39,806 nt of DNA from Alteromonadaceae bacterium (GCA_041937835.1 JBGTXC010000001.1:1-39806), one strand, 5' to 3'; positions 17,977-29,369 are shown, counted from the stretch's first letter. Notes: a model not told the origin generated them from the letters alone. Translations and numbers: made by a program.

Positions 17977-20900
17977 CTAATTAAATTCTAATTCTATTTC
18001 TTGCGCCGCCAACACACCGAGCCGTTCTATTAACTCGTCGCTTGGCGTCACACACCATTGGGTACCTAGCGTCAACTCACCACTGCAATCTGGGCGGTGG
18101 TACGCTATCTTGATAGGGCAAGTACCGAATTTATACGGTTCGAGTATTTTTTCTAAATTATCCATGAAGTTCGTGTCAATTTGTTGCATATCAAGCGATA
18201 GTTTTAGGTATTTGATACGCTTTTCACGGGCTTCAGCAAGGCTACTCACTTCCCTAGCAGTCATTGTATAGCCGCCGGAAAAGTTATCAAAGCTGACCTG
18301 TCCAGATATCACCAAGATATTGTTAATTTGCAGCAGTTTTTCGTACTTTTCGAACTGTTCAGGAAATAACCGCACGTCCATGCGGGCACTTTTATCGTCT
18401 AAGGTGAGCAGACCCCAGCGCTTATTCTTTTTGTTAATCAAAGTACGGGCGTTTATCACTAATCCCGCGATACTGGTTTGCCCATCACGCTCGGTTGGCT
18501 GCACATCTTTAAGTTGTGAGGAGGTATAGTGCTTAAGCTCTTTGCGGTATTGATTGATTGGGTGACCAGTTAAATAAAGGCCTAAGGTTTCTTTTTCGCC
18601 TTCTAACCACTGGTTATCTGAGTAATGCGGCACTTTTGCAAAGGCGTTATTCACCTCTTCAGGCTCACTGACTAACAAACCAAAGAGATCAGATTGCCCA
18701 AGGGCTTCTGCTTTATGGTGCTGTTCTGCTTTTTTCATCGCATCTGGCAGGCTTGCCATTAAAATAGCGCGACCACCTTGGATGGGCTCAGGACCTAATT
18801 TGTCCATGGCACCGGCTTGAATGAGTTTTTCAATCACGCGGCGGTTAAGGCGCTTTAAATCCACACGGGCACAAAAATCGAACAAATCTTTAAATGGACC
18901 GCCTTGGGCTCTGGCTTCTAAAATGGCTTCAACAGGGCCTTCACCCACCCCTTTAATGGCGCCAATACCGTACACAATCTCACCATGCTCGTTCACGGTA
19001 AACTTGTATAAACCGGCGTTCACATCTGGCGGCAACAAGCTGAGCTTCATGTTGTCGCACTCATCCACTAAGGTGACGATTTTATCTGTGTTATCCATAT
19101 CAGCGGACATTACCGCTGCCATAAACTCAGAGGGATAATGGGTTTTCATCCACAGCGTTTGGTATGACACTAACGCATAGGCAGCCGAGTGTGATTTGTT
19201 AAAGCCGTAGCCAGCAAACTTTTCAACTAAGTCGAAGATTTTCATGGCGAGCTCGCCATCTACGCCATTGTTTTTGGCACCCTCTTCAAACGTTGAGCGC
19301 TGCTTTGCCATTTCTTCTGGCTTTTTCTTACCCATGGCACGACGAAGCATGTCTGCGCCACCAAGCGTATAACCTGCCAGTACCTGAGCAATCTGCATGA
19401 CCTGCTCTTGGTAAAGAATGATGCCGTAAGTAGGCTGCAAAATCGGCTCGAGGGATTCGTGCTGGTACTGGGCATCTGGGTATGAGATTTCTTCACGGCC
19501 GTGTTTTCGGTCAATGAAGTTATCTACCATGCCTGATTGCAACGGCCCTGGGCGGAACAATGCAACCAGTGCGATCATGTCTTCAAAGCAGTCAGGTTTA
19601 AGGCGACGGATCAGGTCTTTCATACCGCGCGATTCAAGCTGGAACACCGCGGTTGTTTCAGCGCGCAGCAGCAGCTCAATACTTGCCTTGTCATCAAGCG
19701 GAATGGCATTGATATCTATGTGCTCTTTGCCTTCACGCGTTAAACGCGCGTTCGCCATATCAAGCGCCCACTGCAAAATGGTCAGTGTTCTTAGACCTAG
19801 GAAGTCAAATTTAACCAGACCTGCGGTTTCAACATCGTTTTTATCAAACTGAGTAACCGGGAATTTACCTTCTTCATCGCAATAAAGTGCGGCAAAGTCG
19901 GTAATGGTGGTGGGTGAAATAACCACGCCCCCAGCGTGCTTACCAGCATTACGCGTACAACCTTCAAGAATGCGGCACATGTCGATAAGCTCGCGCACTT
20001 CATCATCACCGTCGTAGGCTTCAGGTAAACGCGGTTCCACTTCAAAGGCTTTTGCCAAGGTCATGCCTGGGTCGCCCGGCACGAGTTTTGAAATGCGATC
20101 CACAAAGCCATATGGGTGACCAAGCACACGGCCTACGTCACGAATTACGGCTTTTGCCGCCATGGTACCGAAGGTGATAATCTGTGAAACCGCATCACGA
20201 CCATACAGGTTCGCTACGTGCTCAATCACTTCGTCACGTCTATCCATACAAAAGTCGACGTCAAAGTCGGGCATGGAAATACGCTCTGGGTTCAAAAAGC
20301 GCTCGAAGAGTAAGTCAAATTCGAGTGGGTCGAGGTCGGTAATCTTAAGGGCGTAAGCAACCAAAGAGCCGGCACCTGAGCCTCGCCCTGGCCCTACCGG
20401 AATATTGTTATCTTTCGACCACTGGATGAACTCCATTACGATTAAGAAGTAACCTGGGAACCCCATGTTGTTGATTACTTCAAGCTCAATTTTTAGACGC
20501 TCGTCATACTCGCCGCGCTTTTCGGCGCGCTCTTGCTCATCTGGGAATAAAAACTGTAAACGCTCTTCAAGGCCATCCTCTGAAACTTTAATTAAAAAGT
20601 CTTCAATGGCTAAATCGCCCGTTGGGTAATCCGGGAGGAAGTACTTACCTAGCTGAATGGTGACATTACAACGCTTGGCAATTTCCACTGAGTTGGCAAG
20701 GGCTTCGGGAATATCACTGAATAGCTCCGCCATTTGCTCAGGCGTTTTAAAATATTGTTCTTTAGAAAAACGCTTAGGGCGGTTTTTGTCTTCAAGTGTG
20801 TAACCATCATGAATCGCCACTCGGATTTCATGAGGCTCAAAGTCTATCTCATCTAAAAACACCACCTCATTGGTGGCCACTACAGGCAATTGCTGAGCGC

Positions 20901-21468
20901 TGGCATGGGCGACGGCATAGTGCAGATAATCTTCTTCTTGCTCACGTTGAGTGCGTGTCAGCTCAACATAGTAATGAGCCGGGAAATGGGTTTGGTAAAA
21001 CGCCGTGATGCTCTCAACCATGGCTGGGTTATTTTTCAATAACGCCTTGCCTAAATCACCGTCTTTACCGCCCGAAATTAAGATTAAGCCTTCTTTATGC
21101 TCTGCCAACCACTCGCGGTCCACCATAGGGCGATGCATCACATGCCCGCGTTGATACGCTTTTGAAATCAATAAAGTAAGGTTGTTATAGCCTTCGTTAT
21201 TTTTTGCCAAAACGAGAATTCGGCACACTTCATCTTCAAATTCTGGGCTGCGTAACCAAAGGTCCGCCCCGACAATCGGTTTAATTCCAGCGCCGTGAGC
21301 CGCACCATAAAAGCGCACTAAACCGCATAAGTTCATTTGATCAGTAATGGCAAATGCAGGCATGCCTAAGCTTTGTGCTTTAGCCACTATGGGTTTGGTT
21401 TTGGCAAGCCCATCCACCATGGAAAAGTCACTGTGTACCCTAAGGTGCACAAATTGCGGATCAGTCAT
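17977..21468 (-). CDS. dnaE: DNA polymerase III alpha subunit
   Basis: PHP domain [38 protein letters not shown] and clamp-binding QSDLF. 1163 aa, no intein. Confidence 0.99.
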   Translation of the reverse strand: MTDPQFVHLRVHSDFSMVDGLAKTKPIVAKAQSLGMPAFAITDQMNLCGLVRFYGAAHGAGIKPIVGADLWLRSPEFEDEVCRILVLAKNNEGYNNLTLLISKAYQRGHVMHRPMVDREWLAEHKEGLILISGGKDGDLGKALLKNNPAMVESITAFYQTHFPAHYYVELTRTQREQEEDYLHYAVAHASAQQLPVVATNEVVFLDEIDFEPHEIRVAIHDGYTLEDKNRPKRFSKEQYFKTPEQMAELFSDIPEALANSVEIAKRCNVTIQLGKYFLPDYPTGDLAIEDFLIKVSEDGLEERLQFLFPDEQERAEKRGEYDERLKIELEVINNMGFPGYFLIVMEFIQWSKDNNIPVGPGRGSGAGSLVAYALKITDLDPLEFDLLFERFLNPERISMPDFDVDFCMDRRDEVIEHVANLYGRDAVSQIITFGTMAAKAVIRDVGRVLGHPYGFVDRISKLVPGDPGMTLAKAFEVEPRLPEAYDGDDEVRELIDMCRILEGCTRNAGKHAGGVVISPTTITDFAALYCDEEGKFPVTQFDKNDVETAGLVKFDFLGLRTLTILQWALDMANARLTREGKEHIDINAIPLDDKASIELLLRAETTAVFQLESRGMKDLIRRLKPDCFEDMIALVALFRPGPLQSGMVDNFIDRKHGREEISYPDAQYQHESLEPILQPTYGIILYQEQVMQIAQVLAGYTLGGADMLRRAMGKKKPEEMAKQRSTFEEGAKNNGVDGELAMKIFDLVEKFAGYGFNKSHSAAYALVSYQTLWMKTHYPSEFMAAVMSADMDNTDKIVTLVDECDNMKLSLLPPDVNAGLYKFTVNEHGEIVYGIGAIKGVGEGPVEAILEARAQGGPFKDLFDFCARVDLKRLNRRVIEKLIQAGAMDKLGPEPIQGGRAILMASLPDAMKKAEQHHKAEALGQSDLFGLLVSEPEEVNNAFAKVPHYSDNQWLEGEKETLGLYLTGHPINQYRKELKHYTSSQLKDVQPTERDGQTSIAGLVINARTLINKKNKRWGLLTLDDKSARMDVRLFPEQFEKYEKLLQINNILVISGQVSFDNFSGGYTMTAREVSSLAEAREKRIKYLKLSLDMQQIDTNFMDNLEKILEPYKFGTCPIKIAYHRPDCSGELTLGTQWCVTPSDELIERLGVLAAQEIELEFN
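18263..18307 (-). promoter_or_regulatory. Internal accA promoter within dnaE with adjacent FadR-like box
   Basis: Minus strand ATCTGGACAGGTCAGCT (18291-18307) immediately followed by TTGATA, 16 nt spacer, TACAAT, about 300 nt above accA. Confidence 0.55.
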
Positions 21469-22072
21469 GCTCTGCCTCCAAGCGGGCAGCCACTGGTTTG
21501 AAGCTGCGTCTGTGTTCAGGCAAAACGCCGTGTTTTGCTAGTGCTTCAAAGTGAGCTTTGGTTGGGTAGCCTTTGTGACCTTTAAGGCCAAATTCTGGGT
21601 ATTTCGCGTCAAGCTCATGCATGTCTTGGTCACGTTCAACTTTAGCCAAGATGGACGCGGCTGAAATCTCTGCAACTCGGCTATCCCCTTTAACAACGGC
21701 CTCAGCTGGCATGCTTAATTCTGGCACTCGATTGCCATCTATAAAAACAAATTCAGGAGTGATGTTAAGGCCTGCCACAGCGCGCTGCATGGCAAGCATG
21801 GTAGCGTGCAAAATGTTTAACTGGTCGATTTCTTGAGGGTTTGCGCGGCCAATGGCATAACACAACGCCTTTTCTTTGATTTCCAAATACAAAGCTTGGC
21901 GCTTTTTCTCACTCAGCTTTTTAGAGTCGGCTAAGCCGGCGATGGGTTTGGCTGGGTCTAAGATCACAGCTGCGGTCACCACATCACCGATTAAAGGGCC
22001 GCGCCCTACTTCATCCACGCCCGCTATCAAGGCAAAATCTGGACGAATTACTTCAGGAAGCTCTTTACTCAT
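21461..22072 (-). CDS. rnhB: Ribonuclease HII
   Basis: [22 protein letters not shown]...[10 protein letters not shown] and HRRSF. Confidence 0.97.
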   Translation of the reverse strand: MSKELPEVIRPDFALIAGVDEVGRGPLIGDVVTAAVILDPAKPIAGLADSKKLSEKKRQALYLEIKEKALCYAIGRANPQEIDQLNILHATMLAMQRAVAGLNITPEFVFIDGNRVPELSMPAEAVVKGDSRVAEISAASILAKVERDQDMHELDAKYPEFGLKGHKGYPTKAHFEALAKHGVLPEHRRSFKPVAARLEAEHD

Positions 22073-23216
22073 TGATCACCTCAAGGACAGCATCGGCAGC
22101 GCGCTCAGACGCGTTTTTTCTAATTGCTTGGTGGATGTCATAAAACTTAGCAATCAAAGCATCGTTTTCTGAGCTAAGTAGTGGTAACAAGGCGTTTGTC
22201 AGGGCTTCTTCGGTGCACTCATCTTGTAAAAACTCAGGCACTAAAGGCGCGTCCGCCAATAAGTTTGGCAATGAGAAATGGGTAATATTAAATTTAAAAA
22301 AGGTTTTAAAAATACGATAAGACAGCGGCTTAAACTTATACCCTACCACCATAGGCTTTTTATAAAGCATGGCTTCTAAGGTGGCAGTGCCTGATGCGAT
22401 TAAAATGGCATCCGCGCTTTGCATCGCAGTAGCAGAATCACCCTCAACAATCACAACTGGCAAATCGTGTGCGACAGACGCTTTAATCGCTTCAAATTGC
22501 GCTTTACGTGCATCGTTTACAACGGGTACCACACAGCGTAAATCTGGGAAGCGCGCTTTTAATGCCAACGCAGTTTTTAAATAAGGCTCTGATAACAGCC
22601 CTACCTCACCACTGCGGCTACCGGGCATTAATGCCAGCACTTTACCCTCGCCGGTTAAACCTAACTTGTCACGGGCAGCTTGGGTGTCCACATCCAGTGG
22701 AATGTCATCCGCCAAGGTATGACCCACAAAGGTGCAAGGGACTTGGTGTTTATCGTAGAAGGCTTTTTCAAAAGGTAACAATGCCAGCACGCGATGCGTG
22801 GCTTTAGCAATGTTGAAAATGCGTTTTTCACGCCATGCCCACACTGACGGGCTCACGTACTGAATGGTTTTAATGCCTGCCGCTTTGAGCTTGGTTTCGA
22901 CACCTAGATTAAAGTCAGGCGCATCAATGCCAATAAACACATCCGGTGGATTATCTTTAAAATACGCCACAATGCGCTTTCTGATAGACAATAAACGCGG
23001 CAAGCGCCCAAGCACTTCGATGAGCCCCATCACGGCGAGCTCTTCCATATCAAAAATGGCTTCCACGCCGAGGGCTTTCATCCGCGGACCAGCTATCCCG
23101 ACAAAGCGAGCATCAGGGTGGCGTTTTTGAAGTGATTTTACGAGTGCACTGCCGAGAATATCGCCAGAGTGTTCACCGGCGATGATGCCGATTGTCAGTG
23201 GTGCTTGCGACTGCAT
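22065..23216 (-). CDS. lpxB: Lipid A disaccharide synthase
   Basis: [40 protein letters not shown] and SLPNL. Start placed at ATG 23216 (AAGGG RBS). Confidence 0.97.
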   Translation of the reverse strand: MQSQAPLTIGIIAGEHSGDILGSALVKSLQKRHPDARFVGIAGPRMKALGVEAIFDMEELAVMGLIEVLGRLPRLLSIRKRIVAYFKDNPPDVFIGIDAPDFNLGVETKLKAAGIKTIQYVSPSVWAWREKRIFNIAKATHRVLALLPFEKAFYDKHQVPCTFVGHTLADDIPLDVDTQAARDKLGLTGEGKVLALMPGSRSGEVGLLSEPYLKTALALKARFPDLRCVVPVVNDARKAQFEAIKASVAHDLPVVIVEGDSATAMQSADAILIASGTATLEAMLYKKPMVVGYKFKPLSYRIFKTFFKFNITHFSLPNLLADAPLVPEFLQDECTEEALTNALLPLLSSENDALIAKFYDIHQAIRKNASERAADAVLEVINE

Positions 23217-23325
23217 GTAACCCTTGTATTCATTGTTCAAGGCGAACTTAAAGAGATGCCTTGCCTTTTTATAATAGAGTTAGTGTAACCTGTTTTTGCA
23301 TTAGGTTGAACACAGCCGCAACGAC

Positions 23326-23352
23326 AAAAAAGGCCGCATGAAGCGGCCTTTT
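23326..23352 (-). terminator. Terminator after the RDD gene
   Basis: AAAAAA-GGCCGC-ATGAA-GCGGCC-TTTT. Confidence 0.8.
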
Positions 23353-23354
23353 AA

Positions 23355-23960
23355 TTACACGTTAGTGACTTTGGTCCCTGCTGCGTAATCGTGGAGGCAG
23401 CGCTGTGATTTACCGAAGATAAATAAGGGGTTCACTATGCCTGCCAATAAGCCGCCAACCATAGGGATTTGGTTAACAAGCGCTACTGGAAATACGCGGC
23501 GTAAGAAAATACGTTCAAAGCTTGCTTGCTCACCATCTAAAGTTGAAATACGTATGCCTAAAAAGTATTTGCCAATAGTTTGACCGCGGGTATATAGCAA
23601 ATAACCATGAAGCAGTGCAAAGCTTAATAAGCCATAGCCAAGCGCAATGGCAAGTAGCTCGATGCTCGGCTCTTTAAAGGCTTCCATACCGACCATGATG
23701 AATAAAGGCACAGAAGCCACTAAATTGATGATGAGATCGATCACGGCTGCGCCTAAACGGTGCACACGCTTCGCTTGCTCACCTGAGATTTGCTCAGATT
23801 TGGCGACTTCAACCGGTGCTTCTACTTGTTTTTGACTGATTAAAGTTTTGAGTGCTGCTGCGCGCTCAGGGTGGGTATTGCTATCGAGGTTTTCAAGGGC
23901 TTCTACCAATTCGTCATAGCTGTATTCGCTAAAATCTATGGCATCTTTTGTATATTCCAT
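23355..23960 (-). CDS. RDD family membrane protein with extra N-terminal helical domain
   Basis: RLGAAVID, GQTIGK..LGIRI and RCLHDYAAGTKV. GGAG RBS. Confidence 0.9.
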   Translation of the reverse strand: MEYTKDAIDFSEYSYDELVEALENLDSNTHPERAAALKTLISQKQVEAPVEVAKSEQISGEQAKRVHRLGAAVIDLIINLVASVPLFIMVGMEAFKEPSIELLAIALGYGLLSFALLHGYLLYTRGQTIGKYFLGIRISTLDGEQASFERIFLRRVFPVALVNQIPMVGGLLAGIVNPLFIFGKSQRCLHDYAAGTKVTNV

Positions 23961-24045
23961 AATGTGCTCCTAGGGTCCTGTTTGATTACAGAATAAGCGA
24001 AAAAAGCCAATGGCACAGTATGGGAATTGTTACAAAAAGTGAATT

Positions 24046-24071
24046 AAAAAAGGCCGCTTAATTGCGGCCTT
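24046..24071 (-). terminator. Terminator after lpxA
   Basis: AAAAAA-GGCCGC-TTAATT-GCGGCC-TT. Confidence 0.8.
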
Positions 24072-24088
24072 AATAAAACATGCAGAAA

Positions 24089-24859
24089 CTAGCGAATGAT
24101 GCCACGCTCAGCATTGCGCGCAAACTCAAAAAAGCTTGCCACAGCTTTAAACTGAGCGATTTCATTTTGCATTTCTACAGCAGCTTCATCTAACGTCATG
24201 GCTTTACGGTAAACCGCTTTGTAAGCACGGCGCAGTGCCATGATTTCATCGCTAACAAAACCACGGCGTTTTAACCCTTCTGAGTTAATTGCTACTGGCG
24301 ATGCCGGCTGACCAAAACAGGTAATGAATGGTGGCACGTCTTTATTCACTGCCGAGTACATACCAACAAACGCATGAGCACCAATTTTACAAAACTGGTG
24401 AATGCCTGAGTTACCCGCCAAAATAGCGTAGTCACCCACATGTACATGACCTGCCACACTCGCGCCATTAGAAAAAATGACGTGGTCGCCAATCACTGCA
24501 TCATGGGCCACATGCGTGTATGCCATAAACAAATTATGACTGCCAATTTTGGTGATCCCTTGATCTTGAATGGTACCACGGTGAATAGTGGCGCATTCGC
24601 GTACAATGTTGTAATCACCCATGATCAGCTGAGTTGGCTCATCATTGTATTTTTTGTCTTGGCAGGCTTCACCTACCGAAGCAAATTGATAGATGTGATT
24701 CCCTTTACCGAGCGTACTTGGGCCTTTTACTACGACGTGTGATTCGATGACACTGTCATCACCAATCACCACGTCATTGCCGATGTAACTGTAAGCACCC
24801 ACAGACACATTGTTGCCTAGCTTAGCTCCCGGTTCGATTATCGCAGTCGGATGGATCAC
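24089..24859 (-). CDS. lpxA: UDP-N-acetylglucosamine O-acyltransferase
   Basis: Hexapeptide repeats, IHPTAII, QDKKY, IHRGT, HVAHD, HQFC and N.EGLKRRGF. GTG start at 24859 just after the fabZ stop. Confidence 0.97.
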   Translation of the reverse strand: MIHPTAIIEPGAKLGNNVSVGAYSYIGNDVVIGDDSVIESHVVVKGPSTLGKGNHIYQFASVGEACQDKKYNDEPTQLIMGDYNIVRECATIHRGTIQDQGITKIGSHNLFMAYTHVAHDAVIGDHVIFSNGASVAGHVHVGDYAILAGNSGIHQFCKIGAHAFVGMYSAVNKDVPPFITCFGQPASPVAINSEGLKRRGFVSDEIMALRRAYKAVYRKAMTLDEAAVEMQNEIAQFKAVASFFEFARNAERGIIR

Positions 24860-24861
24860 GC

Positions 24862-25314
24862 TTAAAACTCTCTTCTCGCACACATTAATTCCGCTGAACA
24901 GGCTACCTTGCCATCAACGATTGCTTCACCATAAAACTTCCAGATGTTGCGGCGTTCTTTTAAAAATTTCACGTGCAGGTGCATGGTGTCACCTGGTAAT
25001 ACGGGCTGTTTGAATCGCGCATTGTCGATTGCGGCAAACAAATACAGTTCGTTGTCGTCATGGTTTTCGACTGTTTTATAGCCGAGTAACCCCGTCGCTT
25101 GTGCCAAAGCTTCAAGGATCATCACACCTGGGAAAATCGGTTGCTCTGGAAAATGCCCAGTAAAAACAGGCTCATTCACAGTCACGTTTTTAATCGCATG
25201 AAGCGAGTCACCGGGTGTGAAGTCCACAACTTTGTCAACTAACAGCATAGGATATCGATGCGGTAATAACGACAAAATTTCTTGAATATCAAAACTATTT
25301 AATTCGTTTGCCAA
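24862..25314 (-). CDS. fabZ: 3-hydroxyacyl-ACP dehydratase
   Basis: [32 protein letters not shown] start with AAGGA RBS. Confidence 0.98.
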   Translation of the reverse strand: MANELNSFDIQEILSLLPHRYPMLLVDKVVDFTPGDSLHAIKNVTVNEPVFTGHFPEQPIFPGVMILEALAQATGLLGYKTVENHDDNELYLFAAIDNARFKQPVLPGDTMHLHVKFLKERRNIWKFYGEAIVDGKVACSAELMCARREF

Positions 25315-25336
25315 AACAGCGTCCTTTAAAGTGGTC

Positions 25337-26362
25337 TTAGTCCTTAGATGGCGTAACGGCCTCTAATGCTTTTATACGTTGGTTCATGTCACCAATTTTA
25401 CGCAATTGCGCCATTTGGCGACGCCAATCTTTATTGCTGCTATGTGGCACACCACTAGAATAAACACCCGGCTCATCAATATTACTGATGACCATAGTCA
25501 TACCAGTGAGTATCACATTGTCACAAATTTCAACGTGCCCTGTGATACCACTCATACCCCCTATCTGGCAATACTTGCCAATAGTGGTACTACCTGCGAC
25601 CACTGAGCAACCCGCCATGGCTGTGCCTTCTTTGATCACCACGTTATGGGCAATTTGGCACTGGTTATCAATGATCACATTGTTGTGAATTTCGGTGTTA
25701 TCTATCGCACCACGATCCACTGTGGTATTGGCACCAATTTCGACTTTATCACCTATCACCACACTGCCAAGTTGAGGGATTTTAACCCACTCGCCTTTAT
25801 CATTGGCAAAACCAAAACCATCGGCACCAATCACAGTACCAGAATGGATAATGCAGTTAGCACCAATTTCAACTTGGTGATAAACCGTGGTATTGGCCCA
25901 AAGCTTGGTGCCTTCACCAATACTTGCGCCTTCACCAATAAAGGTGCCTGCCCCCACTTCGACACCTTCAGCTAACGTCACGTCTTTTTCAATGACGGCA
26001 TTTGCACCTATGTTTGCACCTGGCGCAATCATTGCGCTTGGGTGGATAACGGCACTTGGGTGCACGCCAATGGCGGCATTAGGTGTGGTATCTAGGTACT
26101 GAGCCAATAAGGCATAAGCCATGTAAGGGTTGGCTACAATCAGCTTATTACCATCGTAATAGGGACTGTCAGCTTCAGATAAAATCACTGCACTGGCTGA
26201 GGTTGTCTCTAATTGGCGGCGATATTTTTTGTTTGCTAGAAAGGCAATGGCACCACTTTGGGCGTTTTCTAGTGTGGCTATGTGGCTTATTACGCAATCG
26301 GCATCGCCCTCAAGCGATGCCGATAAGTAATCCGCCAAATGGGATAGACTAAATGTTTGCAT
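25337..26362 (-). CDS. lpxD: UDP-3-O-acyl-glucosamine N-acyltransferase
   Basis: Hexapeptide repeats, GADGFGF, KIPQLG, DRGA and [10 protein letters not shown]. Confidence 0.97.
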   Translation of the reverse strand: MQTFSLSHLADYLSASLEGDADCVISHIATLENAQSGAIAFLANKKYRRQLETTSASAVILSEADSPYYDGNKLIVANPYMAYALLAQYLDTTPNAAIGVHPSAVIHPSAMIAPGANIGANAVIEKDVTLAEGVEVGAGTFIGEGASIGEGTKLWANTTVYHQVEIGANCIIHSGTVIGADGFGFANDKGEWVKIPQLGSVVIGDKVEIGANTTVDRGAIDNTEIHNNVIIDNQCQIAHNVVIKEGTAMAGCSVVAGSTTIGKYCQIGGMSGITGHVEICDNVILTGMTMVISNIDEPGVYSSGVPHSSNKDWRRQMAQLRKIGDMNQRIKALEAVTPSKD

Positions 26363-26883
26363 TAGTTAGATTTGCTTACACGCTCAACAATCTTAGTTGA
26401 TAAGTCTACCACTTTATCTGGGTTGAAGTAGAGCGTCACATCTTTCACTTTCACTTCATCAAACTTACCCGCTTTTGCTTCAGCTTGAATCGCGTCAGTG
26501 ATGATGCCTTGTAGCTTTTGTAGCTCTTCGTTTTGACGAGCTTTAATTGCTTGCTCAAGCGGACGACCCTGAGTCGCTAACTCTTTTTGCATGCCTTTGA
26601 TTTTTTCTTCAAGCGCTGTTTTTTGTGCCGCGCTCATCGTCGCGCTTTCACGCTGGTAGTGTTCCATTTCAAAACGAATGTCGCCTTGTAGCTTTTCAAG
26701 AGCTTGACGACGCTCACCAAATTCAGTGGCAAGCTTTTGCTCGATTTGGCCCATTTGAGGCAAGTTTTTGTAGATAGCTTGCATATCTACGATAGCAACT
26801 TTATGTGCCATAGCGTTTGCAGACAGGCCTAAAGTAAGCGCAGCAACAAGTGCCGTTGCAGTATTTTTAAACATTTTCATCAT
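26362..26883 (-). CDS. skp: Periplasmic chaperone Skp/OmpH
   Basis: Signal peptide ending AMA, KVAIVD start and coiled-coil body. Located between bamA and lpxD. Confidence 0.9.
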   Translation of the reverse strand: MMKMFKNTATALVAALTLGLSANAMAHKVAIVDMQAIYKNLPQMGQIEQKLATEFGERRQALEKLQGDIRFEMEHYQRESATMSAAQKTALEEKIKGMQKELATQGRPLEQAIKARQNEELQKLQGIITDAIQAEAKAGKFDEVKVKDVTLYFNPDKVVDLSTKIVERVSKSN

Positions 26884-26894
26884 CTGATGACTCC

Positions 26895-29369
26895 TTAGAA
26901 TGTGTTACTGATGTTAAAGCTAATCGATTTGGTTTTATCGCTTTCTTCTTTTTTAAGTGGATAAGCAAAGCTGATTAGCATAGGTCCCATAGGTGAAATC
27001 CACTGTACTGATAGACCCGTTGACGCACGAAAACGTGACGGATCTGAGTAGTCTACAATTTTGCCTAAGCGTGTTGGTTGGATATCCGCAAAACGGCTGG
27101 TATCAAACTCGGTATCCCACACATTGGCCGCATCAACAAAGAAGCTGGTACGGACTGACCCTGAGTTTTCTTCATCAAGGAAAGGTGTAGGGACAATCAG
27201 CTCTAAACCTAATTGTGCTTTAGCGTTACCACCAATTCGGCCACTGGCAACCATGGTATCAAATTGCGGGTCACCATAGATTGGGTCTGCATTCGCATCG
27301 CCTTGGTTGACCACGGTTTTAACACGTTGCAGTGCTTGCGGCAAAATCGTATTGCGGTCGAAACCACGTAGTTCGTTTTCCGTAATACGGAAGAACTCTT
27401 GCACTGGCAATACTTGGTCTATGCCATTGGTCTCGCCATAACCATTACCATAGCCAATGCCTGCACGCGTTAAGAACGACCATCTGTGGTCATTACTGAT
27501 AGGCCAGTAAAAACGCGCGTCATAATTCACTTTGAAGTAATTTAAATCTGAGTTAGGCGTTGTTGCCTTTAATACCAATGACTGGCGGCTACCGGCTGTT
27601 GGGAACATACCACGGTTAAGCGTAGTACGTGTCCAGCCTAAGCTCAGTTCGTACTTAGTAAACTCAAAGCCTGCTTCTGGGTTGTCTTTATCTAAGAATG
27701 TTTCGCGCAGTACGCGGGTTTGCTCGTACTCAGATAAGTTAGACAGCTCCTCTTCTGACCACGTAAAACCAAAGTTAATGCGGTTATTGGCGTTAACTGG
27801 GAAACCCACATTGGTACCAAAGCCATATTTTTTCGATTTGTAGTTAATCAGGCTGTAGGCAGATGCATCAAAGTTTTGATAGAAAATCTGGCTACCTTGG
27901 CTCACACCATCTGGCGTGAAGTAAGGATCTGTGTATGACACGCTCATGGACTCTTGACCACGAGAAGTATTGATATTGAAACCAACTTGGTTACCAGAGC
28001 CTAAGAAGTTGGACTCACTGATACCAATGTTAAATTGCAAACCATAGTAAGAGCCATAAGCAAGGCCTGCGTTAAATGAACCTGCTGATTGCTCTTTAAC
28101 GTTGAAATCAACGTCAACTTGATCATCCATACCTGGCACTGGGTTTACTTCAAAGTCCACGTTTTCCATGTACATCAAGCGCTGAATTTGGATTTTAGAG
28201 CGCTCAAGACTTTGATTGGATAACCAAGCCCCTTCAAGCTGAGTCATTTCACGACGAATGACTTCATCCGCTGTGTTGTTATTACCCGAAACATTAATAC
28301 GGCGTACATAAACTCGCTTGCCAGGGTCTACCGATAAGGTCAGCTGTACTTCTTTACTTTCGTCGTTGATTTCAGGCACAGTGCGTACTTCAGCGTTGGC
28401 ATAACCAAAGCGAGCTAGGTAGTTTTTAATAAACTCTTCACTGGCTGTGACTAGAGAGCCGTTATAAAGCTCACCAGCGCGAAGTGGAATCACGGCGCGA
28501 ATTAGTTCTTCTCGGCCTAGTAAATCACCGATGAAGTCAAAACCTGATACCGTGTATTTTTCGCCCTCGGTTACGTTGGCAGTGATGTACACTGACTCTT
28601 TGTCTGGGGTAACCGACACTTGCGTTGAGTCGATGTTAAAGCGCAGATAACCACGGTCGAGGTAATAACTTTGGATTTTTTCTAAATCACCCTGCACCGT
28701 TTGCTTTTGGTAGCGGTCGTTTGACATAAACTTCCACCATGGCAAATCGTACTGAGACTCGATTTGCGCAAGCAGTTCTTCATCTGAATATAGGCTGTTA
28801 CCAACGATATTGATTTGACGAACTGACGCGGCATCGCCCTCTTTAAAGGCAAGCTTCAGCTTTACGCGGTTACGCGGCAGGCGCGTTACAATCACATCCA
28901 CGCTGGCATTGTATTTACCAATACCATGGAAGAATTCTACTAAGCCTTTCTCAATGCTGTCCGTCACTGTGCGGTCTAACGGCTCACCCACGCGAATATT
29001 TTGCTGGTTTAAGCTGTCAGTCAGTTGTTCATCTTTGATGTCTTTGTTGCCATCAAATTCAATGGCGCTGATGGTTGGGCGTTCAGTTACTTCAAAAATG
29101 ACCGTGTTACCATCTTTTAGCACACGCACATAATCAAAATGCCCAGAGCGGTACAAAGATTTCAAGGTGCGAGATAAGGTGTAGTCCGTTACTGAATCAC
29201 CGACGTTGATCGGGATGTGTGTTAACGCAGCACCTAGGGCAACACGTTGTAAACCTTGTACTTTTAAATCTTCAACAATAAAGGCGTCTTGGCTGTCAGC
29301 AGCTCGCACTGAGGCGGCAATGCTGGCTGCTAGTAAACTCGTTACCGCTATAGTGTGTTTTATAGCCAT
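26895..29369 (-). CDS. bamA: Outer membrane protein assembly factor BamA
   Basis: Signal peptide, POTRA repeats (GLQRV, YLDRGY), YTDPYFT, W.SPMGP and C-terminal Phe. 824 aa. Confidence 0.97.
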   Translation of the reverse strand: MAIKHTIAVTSLLAASIAASVRAADSQDAFIVEDLKVQGLQRVALGAALTHIPINVGDSVTDYTLSRTLKSLYRSGHFDYVRVLKDGNTVIFEVTERPTISAIEFDGNKDIKDEQLTDSLNQQNIRVGEPLDRTVTDSIEKGLVEFFHGIGKYNASVDVIVTRLPRNRVKLKLAFKEGDAASVRQINIVGNSLYSDEELLAQIESQYDLPWWKFMSNDRYQKQTVQGDLEKIQSYYLDRGYLRFNIDSTQVSVTPDKESVYITANVTEGEKYTVSGFDFIGDLLGREELIRAVIPLRAGELYNGSLVTASEEFIKNYLARFGYANAEVRTVPEINDESKEVQLTLSVDPGKRVYVRRINVSGNNNTADEVIRREMTQLEGAWLSNQSLERSKIQIQRLMYMENVDFEVNPVPGMDDQVDVDFNVKEQSAGSFNAGLAYGSYYGLQFNIGISESNFLGSGNQVGFNINTSRGQESMSVSYTDPYFTPDGVSQGSQIFYQNFDASAYSLINYKSKKYGFGTNVGFPVNANNRINFGFTWSEEELSNLSEYEQTRVLRETFLDKDNPEAGFEFTKYELSLGWTRTTLNRGMFPTAGSRQSLVLKATTPNSDLNYFKVNYDARFYWPISNDHRWSFLTRAGIGYGNGYGETNGIDQVLPVQEFFRITENELRGFDRNTILPQALQRVKTVVNQGDANADPIYGDPQFDTMVASGRIGGNAKAQLGLELIVPTPFLDEENSGSVRTSFFVDAANVWDTEFDTSRFADIQPTRLGKIVDYSDPSRFRASTGLSVQWISPMGPMLISFAYPLKKEESDKTKSISFNISNTF

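Noticed and set aside
24027-24035. TTGTWACAA 9-mer shared by the RDD upstream region and the orphan ORF upstream region (9506-9514)
   Set aside because: It is short and AT-rich; two occurrences are not distinguishable from chance by eye.
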